A stretch of DNA of 43,340 nt, from the IMG/VR virus record IMGVR_UViG_3300045988_176239; one strand, written 5' to 3'. This DNA is from a virus. The notes beneath the pieces are model-generated. The model was not told the DNA's origin. It saw only the letters and a list, made by a program, of their open reading frames with translations, and did no database searches. The translations under genes were made by a program, and so were the position numbers. Of this stretch, positions 8,389 to 18,321 are shown piece by piece (within the stretch, counting starts at the first letter, position 1; the number at the start of each line of letters is the position of its first letter).

Positions 8389-8973
8389 ATGGCTGTTAAC
8401 GCTGACAATGCACTCATTTTCTCGTCCGACAATGACGCGCTCTGGCTGGGCGACTACGTCGAAAAGTTTGGCGAGAAGGTCACGTCACTCACCCAGGACC
8501 TCTCCGGTGTGACCGGTCTCACCAACGTTGGGTGGATTAGCGAGGACGGATTCAAGCTCACCTCCGACGACTCCGTCACCAAGATTAAGGGGCACCAGGG
8601 TCACGGTGTCGTCAAGACGTTCCTCGACTCGTCGGAGACGACTTTCAGTGCCACCCTCCTGGAGACCATGCTCGCTCCGCTCTCCTGGTATCTTGACGCC
8701 ACCAGTGAGAAGGTCGAGGACGGTGGTGCTACCAAGGGTGTGAAGATCACCGCCAAGTCGTCTCGCAAGGTCAAGCTCCTCTGCGGTGTCGCCGATTTCT
8801 TCGACGTTTCCGGCGTGGGTGCGCAGATTCGTATTGTTTTCCCGCGTCTGGAGCTCGGTGAGCGCGGTGAGATTACTTTCCAGCAGGCCGAGATCACCGG
8901 GTACGAGTACAACCTTTCTGTGCTTGGTGACTACATTATCTACTCGGACCACAAGGCGCTCTTCCCGGCCTGA
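8389..8973 (+). CDS. Major tail protein
   Basis: 194 aa. It sits between the neck genes and the G/GT chaperones and is followed by a strong hairpin. Confidence 0.7.
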   Translation: MAVNADNALIFSSDNDALWLGDYVEKFGEKVTSLTQDLSGVTGLTNVGWISEDGFKLTSDDSVTKIKGHQGHGVVKTFLDSSETTFSATLLETMLAPLSWYLDATSEKVEDGGATKGVKITAKSSRKVKLLCGVADFFDVSGVGAQIRIVFPRLELGERGEITFQQAEITGYEYNLSVLGDYIIYSDHKALFPA

Positions 8974-8980
8974 CAATGAT

Positions 8981-9033
8981 TCTTCCCCGCTATTTCGTGT
9001 TTCGGATGGGTTGTCGCGGAATAGCGGGGAAGA
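8981..9033 (+). terminator. Stem-loop after the major tail gene
   Basis: cttccccgctatt (8982-8994) pairs with aatagcggggaag (9020-9032). Confidence 0.55.
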
Positions 9034-9088
9034 TCCAAAACAAACACAACCCACCCACTTTATGAAACAATTTTGAGGACAACCCATT

Positions 9089-9415
9089 ATGTCTGACAAG
9101 ACCACGAAGAGCAAGGCTAAGGCCGCTGGAGCTAAGGCGCCGGCTGACAGGTTGGCTAAGGCTGAGGCTACGCGCGACCCGATTCACGTGGACTACGAGG
9201 GAATCGAGTTTGATATTCCTCCGGAGGCGTTGGAGGACTTCCGCGCATTCGAGGCTCTCGACGCCGGCAATCCATTCCCGCTTTTCCGCCTTATCGTAGG
9301 CGGCCACAAGGATGAGGTCTACGCCGCGTTGGAGGACGAGAACGGTCGCGTCCCGATCGACGCGGTGACCGACTTTATGCAGTCAATCGTGTCCGAGGTG
9401 GGCGCGGGAAACTAA
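9089..9415 (+). CDS. Tail assembly chaperone (gpG-like)
   Basis: 108 aa, acidic, between the major tail and tape measure genes. It ends GAGN* directly on a slippery heptamer. Confidence 0.75.
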   Translation: MSDKTTKSKAKAAGAKAPADRLAKAEATRDPIHVDYEGIEFDIPPEALEDFRAFEALDAGNPFPLFRLIVGGHKDEVYAALEDENGRVPIDAVTDFMQSIVSEVGAGN

Positions 9416-9810
9416 CGATTCTCCCACCACTACTCCACGAGTATGGGTGGGAGATAGAAGCCGACCTGCAACGATACTACAACATAGATCTGCTCGATCT
9501 ATATCGAGGCAGAATAACCCCCAGGCGGGTAATGGCACTCATCGGCGGCCTCCCGCCAGGATCAACATTCGATAGGGCGCGAGGCGGAGACAGATACTGG
9601 TCCGACGAAGTAACTGCCACAATAATGTCAGCACACAATATCCAGACCACATTGCTCGCCGTCAACGGCGTCAAGAAAGACAAATGGCCTGAAACGCCAA
9701 AGCCACCGGCCGAAGGATACCGGGAAACTGGTAACCCCAGAGTGTCAAGCAAGCACGCTAAGGCGCAAAAAGCTAAGGGTGAGAAATGGCTTGCCCGATA
9801 CGGCCGTTGA
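9089..9810 (+). CDS. Tail assembly chaperone, -1 frameshift fusion product (gpGT-like)
   Basis: The -1 frame is open from before 9361 to 9810. It encodes GWEIEADLQRYYNIDLLDLYRGRITPRRVMALIGGLPPGS, a typical gpT-type segment. The shift is predicted at 9406-9412. Confidence 0.7.
9406..9412 (+). promoter_or_regulatory. Programmed -1 ribosomal frameshift slippery heptamer G_GGA_AAC
   Basis: Zero-frame codons are gcg gga aac taa. The X_XXY_YYZ pattern ends one codon (3 nt) before the stop codon taa at 9413-9415. Confidence 0.75.
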
Positions 9811-9835
9811 CCCCGCGTTTTTAATCGGATAGTGT

Positions 9836-9891
9836 AAAATGGTTCACGCCAAGACAAACACGAAAAACGGTTGCTTGGCGTGAACCATTTT
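9836..9891 (+). terminator. Perfect 18-bp stem / 20-nt loop hairpin between the chaperone and tape measure genes (attenuator or processing site?)
   Basis: aaaatggttcacgccaag (9836-9853) pairs with cttggcgtgaaccatttt (9874-9891), followed by tcgc. Confidence 0.6.
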
Positions 9892-9919
9892 CGCTACACA
9901 TGATTTCGGAGAGGTATCA

Positions 9920-12900
9920 ATGGCCGGATATGATCTCGGGACCGCATGGATTCAGATCAGCCCGTCCGTGCGAGGCCTCGCCCGAAGTATCAATAGCGAA
10001 ATCGGTAACGTCGACACCGGGCCGGCCGAGAGAAAGATCACATCCGGACTGGGTGGTGCGTTCAAATCGGTGGCGAAAGTTGCCGGCGCTGCACTTGGAG
10101 GACTCGCAATCGGCGGCATCGCCGTCGCGTTCGGCGGCGTCGCAAAAGAGGCGTTCAACGCTGCCGACGCCACAATCAAATTCAAACAAACGCTCGCATT
10201 CGCCGGTAAAAGTGCGGACGAAATCAACGCGCTCACAAAAAGCACACGCTCCTACGCGGACCGCACAATTTACGAGCTCGACGACATTCAATCAATCACC
10301 GCGCAGCTCGCATCCAACGGCGTAAAAGGCTACGATAAGCTCGCCGAGGCAGCCGGTAACCTGAACGCCGTTGCGGGCGGAAACGCGCAAACATTCAAAA
10401 CTGTCGGCCTCGTCATGACGCAGACCGCGGGCGCCGGAAAACTCACTACCGAGAACTGGAACCAGCTTTCCGACGCAATTCCAGGCGCGTCCGGTAAATT
10501 GCAGGAAGCCATGAAAAAGAATGGCGCCTACACCGGCAATTTCCGGGAAGCCATGGAGAAAGGAGAAATCACCGCCGAGGAATTCAACCAAGCAATCCTC
10601 GACCTCGGTATGGAGGACGTGGCCATTGAGGCCGCTACATCCACCAAAACCCTGGAAGGCGCCTGGGGGAATTTCAAAGCGACCCTTGTGACCGGGGCGC
10701 AGGAAATCGCCGAAAAAGCACTCCCATGGATTACCGCGTCCCTTGACGCCATGAGCAAAGGGTTCGAAAAAGTATTCAACTGGGTCAGCAATTCCTTTAT
10801 CCCCAGCATTACGAATGCTTTCAACGTTATCCGCAAGGGTGACTTCACGGGCCCGATCTTCTCCTTCGAGGAAGACTCGAGCTTCGTCGATTTCCTTTTC
10901 CGCATGCGCGACGCCGCCGCCGCCGCGGGGGAATGGATCAACAAGACACTCGTCCCGTCGTTGAAGAATCTTAAAGATTTGCTCATGTCCGGCGATTTCA
11001 CGGGCACGATTTTCGGATTCGACAAAGACTCCGGAATCATCTCCTACATCACCAACGTGCGCAACAGTTTCGTCGAGCTCGGCAAATTCATTGTCGGGAC
11101 GCTTGTCCCCGGCATCGCTACCGCTCTAAGCACCATCGCGAACAGCAGCCTCGTCCAATTCATGGAGAATCTTACCGTCGCTATTCTCAACAGCAAGGTG
11201 GCGGTTTACAGTATTGCGGCCGCGTTTACGGCATGGAAAGCCGTCATGGTCATGTCCTCAATGCAGCAATGGCTGAACGACATGGAAGGAGTAGCCGGCG
11301 TTGCAGGGCGTGTAACCACGGCCATTAACGCAATGACCGTGGCGAAAGTCAGGGACGTTGTTGAGACCGCGCAGCTCAACCTCATGTACGCCGGCGAATT
11401 CTTGTCAAATATTGCGCGCGCAACGACACAGATCACAATGCAGGCGGTCGCTTGGGGCAGGGCCACGGCAATGATGGTCCTCCACAAAACCGCAACAATC
11501 GCCTCGACCGCAGCCCAGTGGGCATTCAACGCCGCAATGGACGCCAACCCAATCGGCCTTGTTGTGATCGCTATCGCAGCATTGGTCGCGGCAATCATTG
11601 TGGCATGGCAGAACTCTGAAACATTCCGCAACGTCGTCATTTCATGTTGGGAAGCAATCAAAACGGCCGCCGGCGCCGTGGCCGATTGGTTCGCCGCTAA
11701 CGTATGGCCACTAATGCAGGTTGCATGGGACGGAATTGTGGCAGGCGCCCAGTGGATGTGGGGCGTCATGGTATCCGTCTGGCAAGGAATGCAGCCCGTC
11801 ATCCAAGCGGTAATTGATTGGATTGTCGGCACAGCATGGCCCGCACTCCAGGCAGCATGGGACGGAATCGTTGCTGGTGCCCAATGGGTATGGAACGGCA
11901 TCGTCGGCGCATGGCAAGGAATACAGCCCGTTATTCAAGCTGTCGTTGATTGGATCGTAAATACCGCATGGCCCAACCTTCAGGCCGCCTGGGACGGCAT
12001 TTCCGCGGGAGCAATGATCGTCTGGAACGGAATGGTCGCAGCCTGGCAAGGTATCAGCGACATAATCCGGCCCGTCGTCGACTGGATTGTCAACGTTGCC
12101 GCCCTGTATCTCACCACGGCATGGGATGCTATCAGTTGGGGCGTGAGCGCGCTCTGGTCTACGATTCAGTGGGCGTGGGACGCTATTTGGGCGGCAATCA
12201 TGCCCGTCGCCACACAAATCTACAACGACATCTGGCCCATGGTAGTCGGCGCCTTTAACGCCATTAAAGACACAGCCTCCATGATGTGGGCCGATATCCA
12301 GATCGCTTGGACCGCCATTCAGACCGCTATTCAGCCCGTTGCGGATTGGATTTACAACACGGTTTGGCCGTGGGTTGTAGGCGCGTTCAATGCGATCAAG
12401 GATACGGCCGCTAACATGTGGTCTAATATTCAGGTCGCATGGGCTGCAATCCAGGCGGCAATGCAGCCGGTAGTCGAATGGATTTACTACACGGCATGGC
12501 CTTGGGTGGTCGACGCGTTTAATACGATCAAGGATGCCGCCTCTAATCTTTGGGGCACGGTTCAGGCCGCATGGACCTCAATTCAAGCGGCAATGCAGCC
12601 CGTGGTCGAATGGATCTACTACACTGCCTGGCCCTGGGTCGTAGACACATTCAACACAATCAAAGACACCGCCTCCAGTCTTTGGGGCACCATATCAGCG
12701 GCGTGGAACGGTATTTGGGCCACCATTCAGCCCGTCGTCGATTGGATCTACAATATTGCATGGCCGTGGGTCGTCGGAGCATTCAATGCCATTAAAGACA
12801 CGGCGTCTATTATGTGGGGTTCCCTGTCGGCGACATGGAACGGTATTTGGGCTGTTATGCAGCCCGTGGTGAATTGGATTCAAACCTATGCTGCACCTGT

Positions 12901-14482
12901 TATTAGTGTGGCCTGGGAGATAATCTCTACGGGTGCGAAAATTCTGGGCGGAATCATTGCTTTTGTATTCGCGTCCATCATCGCCGCGGTCACTATGGGA
13001 GTCGCCGTAATTCAAGGCGCAGCCACCACGATCAGCGCCGCCTGGAACACTGTTGTTTCGTGGACCAGCTGGCTGAAAAACATGGTCGTCTCCGCGTGGA
13101 ACATTCTGAAAGGCGAAATCCAAATCGTTAAAGATTGGATTGCCAACACGCTCGTCCCCGCAATTACAAGCGCCTGGGACAGGGTCGTGGCCGCCGCCAA
13201 CACTATGAAAGATGGTGTTAGGACGGCGTGGGACAAGATCAAGGAAGCTGCTGCCAAGCCCGTTAACTTCGTTATCGGCACCGTCTACAACAATGGACTG
13301 AGGAAACTTGTTAATGGGATGATGGAGAAACTCTCCCTCGACCTTCGTCTTCCTGAGGCCCCAACGATTGGCGGGTATGCGTCAGGTGGTGTTCTGCCCG
13401 GATACTCTCCGGGCCGTGACATTTACCATTTCGTATCACCCGACGGCGGCGGCAGGCTCGCGCTTTCCGGTGGAGAAGCCATCATGCGGCCAGAATGGGT
13501 GAAAGCGGTAGGCGGGCCTGCAATGGTGAATGCAATGAACAGGGCTGCGGCGCACGGAGACAGGATTCCTGGTGGCGACGCCGGCTATGCCGCATTCGCC
13601 CCGGGCGGTATTTGGGATCCTGTTAAATCAACGGTAGAAAAGGGCGCGTCCGCCGCGCTTAATTGGATCACCGGCGCCGCCGACGCAGTATCCTCGATCT
13701 TCTCCGACCCGATCGGAGCCGTCGAAACCGTTATCAAGGCTCCGGTTCACAAGCTTTTGGATTCATGGGGTGGCGACGGGGCAAAACCATTCTTCGACGC
13801 CGGAAAAGCGGGCGTGGACAAAACCATTGACGCGCTCGGTGACTGGATTAAAGATCACATGCCGGTGGTCAGCGGATTCGGTGGCGGAATCGGTGCTATT
13901 GGTGCCGCCGCCGGCGACCTCGTAAACACCGCGCGACGGGCTATCGGTACACCGTATGTTTGGGGCGGTGTTTCCCCGGGAGGCGGGCTCGACTGTTCTG
14001 GTCTTGTCTATTGGGCGCTCAACGCGATGGGCATTCACGTGCCTCGCCTCACGGCGGCAGGATATCAAGCAATGTCATCCCCCGGTAACCCGATGGTTCC
14101 TGGAACGCTTCTGTTCTGGGGTTATCCGGCCCATCACGTTGCTATTGCCTCCGGTAACGGCATGATGGTTGAGGCGCCGACCTTCGGTATCCCGGTACGT
14201 GAGGTCCCGATCTACGGTGGCCCGTCCGCAGGGAATCTTCGCTACGATGATGGTGGATTCCTGCAGCCCGGTCTCTCAACGATCGAGAATAAGACTGGCC
14301 GTCCGGAGCCCGTTTTCACGTCAGCCCAGTGGGAGAAAATGGACAAACTGATCAGCCTCCTGGAGAATCGTGCGCTCGGCCCGGACGTGCTCGAAATTCG
14401 GGACGTGGACAACGATCTCGTCGGCCGCATGCAAGTAGAGGCAACATCGGCCATAGTAGACTATGACCGAATGAACCGATAA
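9920..14482 (+). CDS. Tape measure protein with a C-terminal NlpC/P60-type peptidoglycan hydrolase domain
   Basis: 1,520 aa following the G/GT chaperones, with a GGAGAGG RBS. It is Ala/Gly/Trp-rich with helical repeats. The NlpC/P60 signature is GTPYVWGGVSPGGGLDCSGLVYW...HHVAIASGNGMMVEAP. Confidence 0.9.
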   Translation: MAGYDLGTAWIQISPSVRGLARSINSEIGNVDTGPAERKITSGLGGAFKSVAKVAGAALGGLAIGGIAVAFGGVAKEAFNAADATIKFKQTLAFAGKSADEINALTKSTRSYADRTIYELDDIQSITAQLASNGVKGYDKLAEAAGNLNAVAGGNAQTFKTVGLVMTQTAGAGKLTTENWNQLSDAIPGASGKLQEAMKKNGAYTGNFREAMEKGEITAEEFNQAILDLGMEDVAIEAATSTKTLEGAWGNFKATLVTGAQEIAEKALPWITASLDAMSKGFEKVFNWVSNSFIPSITNAFNVIRKGDFTGPIFSFEEDSSFVDFLFRMRDAAAAAGEWINKTLVPSLKNLKDLLMSGDFTGTIFGFDKDSGIISYITNVRNSFVELGKFIVGTLVPGIATALSTIANSSLVQFMENLTVAILNSKVAVYSIAAAFTAWKAVMVMSSMQQWLNDMEGVAGVAGRVTTAINAMTVAKVRDVVETAQLNLMYAGEFLSNIARATTQITMQAVAWGRATAMMVLHKTATIASTAAQWAFNAAMDANPIGLVVIAIAALVAAIIVAWQNSETFRNVVISCWEAIKTAAGAVADWFAANVWPLMQVAWDGIVAGAQWMWGVMVSVWQGMQPVIQAVIDWIVGTAWPALQAAWDGIVAGAQWVWNGIVGAWQGIQPVIQAVVDWIVNTAWPNLQAAWDGISAGAMIVWNGMVAAWQGISDIIRPVVDWIVNVAALYLTTAWDAISWGVSALWSTIQWAWDAIWAAIMPVATQIYNDIWPMVVGAFNAIKDTASMMWADIQIAWTAIQTAIQPVADWIYNTVWPWVVGAFNAIKDTAANMWSNIQVAWAAIQAAMQPVVEWIYYTAWPWVVDAFNTIKDAASNLWGTVQAAWTSIQAAMQPVVEWIYYTAWPWVVDTFNTIKDTASSLWGTISAAWNGIWATIQPVVDWIYNIAWPWVVGAFNAIKDTASIMWGSLSATWNGIWAVMQPVVNWIQTYAAPVISVAWEIISTGAKILGGIIAFVFASIIAAVTMGVAVIQGAATTISAAWNTVVSWTSWLKNMVVSAWNILKGEIQIVKDWIANTLVPAITSAWDRVVAAANTMKDGVRTAWDKIKEAAAKPVNFVIGTVYNNGLRKLVNGMMEKLSLDLRLPEAPTIGGYASGGVLPGYSPGRDIYHFVSPDGGGRLALSGGEAIMRPEWVKAVGGPAMVNAMNRAAAHGDRIPGGDAGYAAFAPGGIWDPVKSTVEKGASAALNWITGAADAVSSIFSDPIGAVETVIKAPVHKLLDSWGGDGAKPFFDAGKAGVDKTIDALGDWIKDHMPVVSGFGGGIGAIGAAAGDLVNTARRAIGTPYVWGGVSPGGGLDCSGLVYWALNAMGIHVPRLTAAGYQAMSSPGNPMVPGTLLFWGYPAHHVAIASGNGMMVEAPTFGIPVREVPIYGGPSAGNLRYDDGGFLQPGLSTIENKTGRPEPVFTSAQWEKMDKLISLLENRALGPDVLEIRDVDNDLVGRMQVEATSAIVDYDRMNR
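11723..12900 (+). repeat. About nine tandem 132-nt (44-aa) Trp-rich repeats inside the tape measure gene
   Basis: The QPV/MPV/RPV codon recurs at 11795, 11927, 12071, 12203, 12335, 12467, 12599, 12731 and 12863, spaced 132 nt with one 144-nt step. The unit is like QPVxDWIYNTAWPWVVGAFNAIKDTAxxMWxxIQxAWxAIQAAM. Confidence 0.85.
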
Positions 14483-14510
14483 AAACCATTATGACGGAAA
14501 GCATATAATA

Positions 14511-15290
14511 ATGCCGATTACGGGATGGATTGCTACACACACTGGGCTGCCGTCAATAATGGCCACCGGCAAGGAACCCGTCTACGCGGGGGACCGTCTT
14601 TTCGCCGTGCCTGGGATGGCCCGCGACAAAAGACCGCTCACCGGCAGGGCGAAAATGATTCGCGAGCTCGAGGGACCCAAGCTGACCGAGCCTGTGACAA
14701 TGATCCTCTCAGACGCATACGCTGTGCCGGGCACCACAATAAAATACACTCAGGGCGATTCTTCGGTCACGTTGACTCGCCCTGAGGTGGAGTGGTGGCG
14801 CGGCATGGTGAGCGGCCTCAATGGGCGCACTGTGCCGGGCCTCATCTGGGAGGAGGCCCAGGATAAAAGAGAATGGTCTTCCCCCATTTCGAGATATAAC
14901 TCACTTATCGCCAGGTGGCCGATGCTAGAAGTGGCCCGCACCGGGGGCGGACAATTCGTCCTAGACGACCCATCCCACGTTAACAATGTTTGGGAAATCC
15001 TGCAGAAGCGTGAGCCGCTTATTCTCACACCTGGCGCCCCCGCCGACGTTCTCCCATCGCGATTCATCACCGTGGACAAGGTTGACAGTGCCAGGATCAC
15101 AGGTGACGGTATCATTCGGTGGAATGTGAAATGGCACGAGCTCCCCGAAGACTCGCCCATGCTTGTCGGCCCTCATGCGGGCTGGGGAGCTGCACCATGT
15201 GTCACGTGGGGTGAATGGCGTGAAGTCGACAAGGTTTGGAAGTCGCGCACATACATTGAGATTTGCAAAATGATTGCGGGAATGCCATGA
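14511..15290 (+). CDS. Distal tail protein (Dit-like) / minor tail protein
   Basis: 259 aa and the first gene after the tape measure. The call is positional. Confidence 0.6.
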   Translation: MPITGWIATHTGLPSIMATGKEPVYAGDRLFAVPGMARDKRPLTGRAKMIRELEGPKLTEPVTMILSDAYAVPGTTIKYTQGDSSVTLTRPEVEWWRGMVSGLNGRTVPGLIWEEAQDKREWSSPISRYNSLIARWPMLEVARTGGGQFVLDDPSHVNNVWEILQKREPLILTPGAPADVLPSRFITVDKVDSARITGDGIIRWNVKWHELPEDSPMLVGPHAGWGAAPCVTWGEWREVDKVWKSRTYIEICKMIAGMP

Positions 15291-16360
15291 GAAACGGCCC
15301 CACGCTGGCCGCCCTTTCAGACGGCCTCAGCATCGGCGCAAGAATTGATATCATTCGCGGCGGCGAAGTGCTCAAAACGGGGATACCCGCCTCCGAGGTG
15401 AAAGTAGAATGGTCCTCAACAAACCGCCAGGTTCCGGGCGCTTTGTCTTATTCTTGTCCAATGTCCTGGGTCCCGGAGTGGCCGTTGGATGCGCTCAATA
15501 ATTTCGGGCAGCGTTCCATGGTGACCGCGCTTTATGAGAATCGGCGCGGCGATTACTGGGAAATTCCGCTCGGCGAATTCGTCAACATGGAATGGTCCGT
15601 GTCGAAGGAAAAAGTGAACGTTTCCTGTAAGGATTTGACGCAGATTCTTGCCGATAATCCGAGGCCGTGGCCCTCCTCTCCCGGCGCTGGCGCCACTCTG
15701 CTCTCTGAGGCCAACGAGCTTGCAGAATATGTGCGAGTGAAATTGGAGGACGACGTGTGGGATGCGCCTATCCCCCGCACCACACAGTGGGGAAATTCGC
15801 GGATCGAATCAATCTATAAGCTCGTCGAATCTCGTGGCTGTGGTATTCGTAGCGGAGCAGATGGAATGTTGCATATTTTCAGGCTCCGTGACAAGACGGC
15901 GCCTGACGAGATTTACACGTATGAGTCTGGTTTTCTTTTGGAGGCTCCGCGTGCTCCGAGGTCAGGCGGCCGTCGCCCGAATCGTTGGTATGTTACCGGC
16001 AGTAAGCAGCAGAAGGCTCAGGGTGAGCAGGAGGAGCGTTGGACGGCGGAACGTGAAATCACTGACCCGCCATATGATCCGTCCGGCTATGGTTGGGTTA
16101 CTTCGCACAAGGAATTCAGCGCTGCTAGCTCGGCGAGAGAGGTATCCGAGGCTGCGGATACGTACATGATTCAGGACATTTCCTCCCGCTCTTCAAGGTC
16201 TTTGACGATTATTCCGGACGCTCGTATCGAGGTCGGGGATATTATCGGTGCGATTACCGAGCAGGGTGAGCATATCGCCGGCCGTGTCTCAGCTTATAGT
16301 CTTCCGTTGTCTGATCCGTCCGCTACAATGAGGGTAGACATAGAGGTACTGGGAGAATAA
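15287..16360 (+). CDS. Minor tail protein (Tal-like baseplate hub)
   Basis: 357 aa from ATG 15287, which forms an ATGA overlap with the preceding stop. It is the second gene after the tape measure. Confidence 0.6.
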   Translation: MRNGPTLAALSDGLSIGARIDIIRGGEVLKTGIPASEVKVEWSSTNRQVPGALSYSCPMSWVPEWPLDALNNFGQRSMVTALYENRRGDYWEIPLGEFVNMEWSVSKEKVNVSCKDLTQILADNPRPWPSSPGAGATLLSEANELAEYVRVKLEDDVWDAPIPRTTQWGNSRIESIYKLVESRGCGIRSGADGMLHIFRLRDKTAPDEIYTYESGFLLEAPRAPRSGGRRPNRWYVTGSKQQKAQGEQEERWTAEREITDPPYDPSGYGWVTSHKEFSAASSAREVSEAADTYMIQDISSRSSRSLTIIPDARIEVGDIIGAITEQGEHIAGRVSAYSLPLSDPSATMRVDIEVLGE

Positions 16361-16370
16361 ACGGGGCATC

Positions 16371-18287
16371 ATGGTCAGACCGTCACTATTGCTTGACACG
16401 GCGCCGCGAAATGGTGGCGGCCGCAACAATAACAATGTTATTGTTCAGCAATCCTCAGTATCATGGACGTACGGGAAAATCACCGGCACGTCCGCCACCG
16501 ACAGTACGCTTCCGTCCGGCTGGGTAGAGGTAGGAATCCCTTACAGTAACCCGACCTCCCATGCGGTTGGTGAATCTGATGGTATTGCCACATGGATAGG
16601 CGCACGCGTACTCGTCATCATTGATTCATCCGGCCGTGTAGTCAAGATCAGTGACCCTATTGCTGAGCCGCCTTCCGGCGCGAAGGTAGAGAATCTCGGG
16701 CATACCGGTAAAATTCTCAGCCAGGCCGCGAAAGACGCTGAACGCGCTTTCAAGGAAGCCGACGCGATTCGAGACCGAGCCAACAAGGCTGAGGGTGCTG
16801 CGAACAAGGCGGCGAAAGATGCTGAAAAAGCTGTCCAGATTGCGGAAGCTAACCGCCCGCCCGTAGTGGCCCAGACCGCACCCGAGAATCCCGTCACAGG
16901 GCTGATTTGGTATGTCACCGACAATGCCGGGCACATTACCGATGTGCGTATTTGGGACGGTACACAGTGGGTGACCAGGACAATGGTCGCCGGCAGCATT
17001 CTCGTCCCCTCGTCCGTAGGGAACGTCTCGCTCGCTGACGGTTCTGTGTCCGCACGCAACATTTACGCGTCCGGGGAGCTCTGGGCCAAGATCGCCGCGT
17101 TCGCGTCCGTCACTACGGAAATGCTGACCGCCGGAAATGCAACATTCAACGCCGCAAAAGTCACCGGCGACCTCATCGGTAATAGACTTATCGGCGGTGA
17201 GCTTTCGCTCGTTGATACTGAGCCTACGTCGGGCGAGAAAAACATTCGTTTCGGCCTCGGCAGTGAGTATGGGTTCTGGGAGTCTATTTGGTCTCCCAAA
17301 ATTGCGACCGTGGAGGAGCTCGAGGGTGGCACAAGGTTCGTTCTGACGGACAGGGATCGCCCTAATCGCAACGATGGCGCGCAGATGGCAATCTACGACA
17401 TTGCTGTTGCAAAACCCAAAACATACGGTATCGCAGGAGAGGGTGTCGGCAAGGTCGAGGGGTATATTCTTTTCACCCCGTCATGGAACGGCCGCGCGAT
17501 TCTCACAATCAACATCGGCAAGAACAGAATCATCAGTGTTGACGAGCAGGCGACGGCCGGGCAGAAAATAAGATTCGATTTCACGCTCCCCGATGGTGCG
17601 TGGATCCAAGACACCGACACGCCTTTCTACATTAGTGCCCGCACGAACGATGTTTTCACGCCGGGAATGCAGCTCGGAATCATTTATTCCATGTACGTGT
17701 CATGGAAAATGAGTCGCTCCTCCGGTTTGCATATTTTCCGCGACGACGAGGGCGTGGCGAAAATACAGATCACTGACCGTCAGGGCGGCGAGCTTATCAT
17801 GGACACGAATGGCGTGTCCTATGACCCGCCCGGGTCAGCTTCGCCTCACGCGTCGTCTTGGCGTACTTTCACAGAGCCGCCTTTCGCCCACATGGCAACA
17901 AACAACGCTCACCTGTGGACTAAAAAAGACGGTTGGACCAAGGTTCCGGTCGGGTCGCAGGAGAAGATCGTTCGCGGCGGAATGCAGGTAGACGGTATCG
18001 AGATCATTATTCCGCAGAGCGGGCTCTACCGTCTAGACGGTACAACATGGTACAGGTCATCATGGGCAGGGTACGTTGGCGGCACTAGGGTTGCTCGCTC
18101 CAATGATGTTGAGTACGGCGTTTACATGTATGCTGCGTTGAACCATGGCCTGTGGACCGCGTTGCAGGTGACAGGTGTTAGGCGTCTGAACGTCGGGGAT
18201 CGGATTGCGCTTTATACGTATCAGAATATTGACGAGGGTACAATTATGGATTGGGGCGAGATGACGGTTAGCTGGCTCACCTACTGA
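16371..18287 (+). CDS. Minor tail / fibre protein (receptor-binding candidate)
   Basis: 638 aa with a coiled-coil segment (AAKDAERAFKEADAIRDRANKAEGAANKAAKDAEKAVQIAEA). The C-terminal half is beta-rich. Confidence 0.6.
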   Translation: MVRPSLLLDTAPRNGGGRNNNNVIVQQSSVSWTYGKITGTSATDSTLPSGWVEVGIPYSNPTSHAVGESDGIATWIGARVLVIIDSSGRVVKISDPIAEPPSGAKVENLGHTGKILSQAAKDAERAFKEADAIRDRANKAEGAANKAAKDAEKAVQIAEANRPPVVAQTAPENPVTGLIWYVTDNAGHITDVRIWDGTQWVTRTMVAGSILVPSSVGNVSLADGSVSARNIYASGELWAKIAAFASVTTEMLTAGNATFNAAKVTGDLIGNRLIGGELSLVDTEPTSGEKNIRFGLGSEYGFWESIWSPKIATVEELEGGTRFVLTDRDRPNRNDGAQMAIYDIAVAKPKTYGIAGEGVGKVEGYILFTPSWNGRAILTINIGKNRIISVDEQATAGQKIRFDFTLPDGAWIQDTDTPFYISARTNDVFTPGMQLGIIYSMYVSWKMSRSSGLHIFRDDEGVAKIQITDRQGGELIMDTNGVSYDPPGSASPHASSWRTFTEPPFAHMATNNAHLWTKKDGWTKVPVGSQEKIVRGGMQVDGIEIIIPQSGLYRLDGTTWYRSSWAGYVGGTRVARSNDVEYGVYMYAALNHGLWTALQVTGVRRLNVGDRIALYTYQNIDEGTIMDWGEMTVSWLTY

Positions 18288-18321
18288 AGATTGTGCAACA
18301 ATATTTTTAGGAGAAAACAAT

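Noticed and set aside
11723-12900. Tape measure tandem repeats as a diversity-generating (DGR) or hypervariable system
   Set aside because: There is no reverse transcriptase gene and no template/variable repeat pair with adenine-specific differences anywhere in the genome. The repeats are ordinary in-frame structural repeats.
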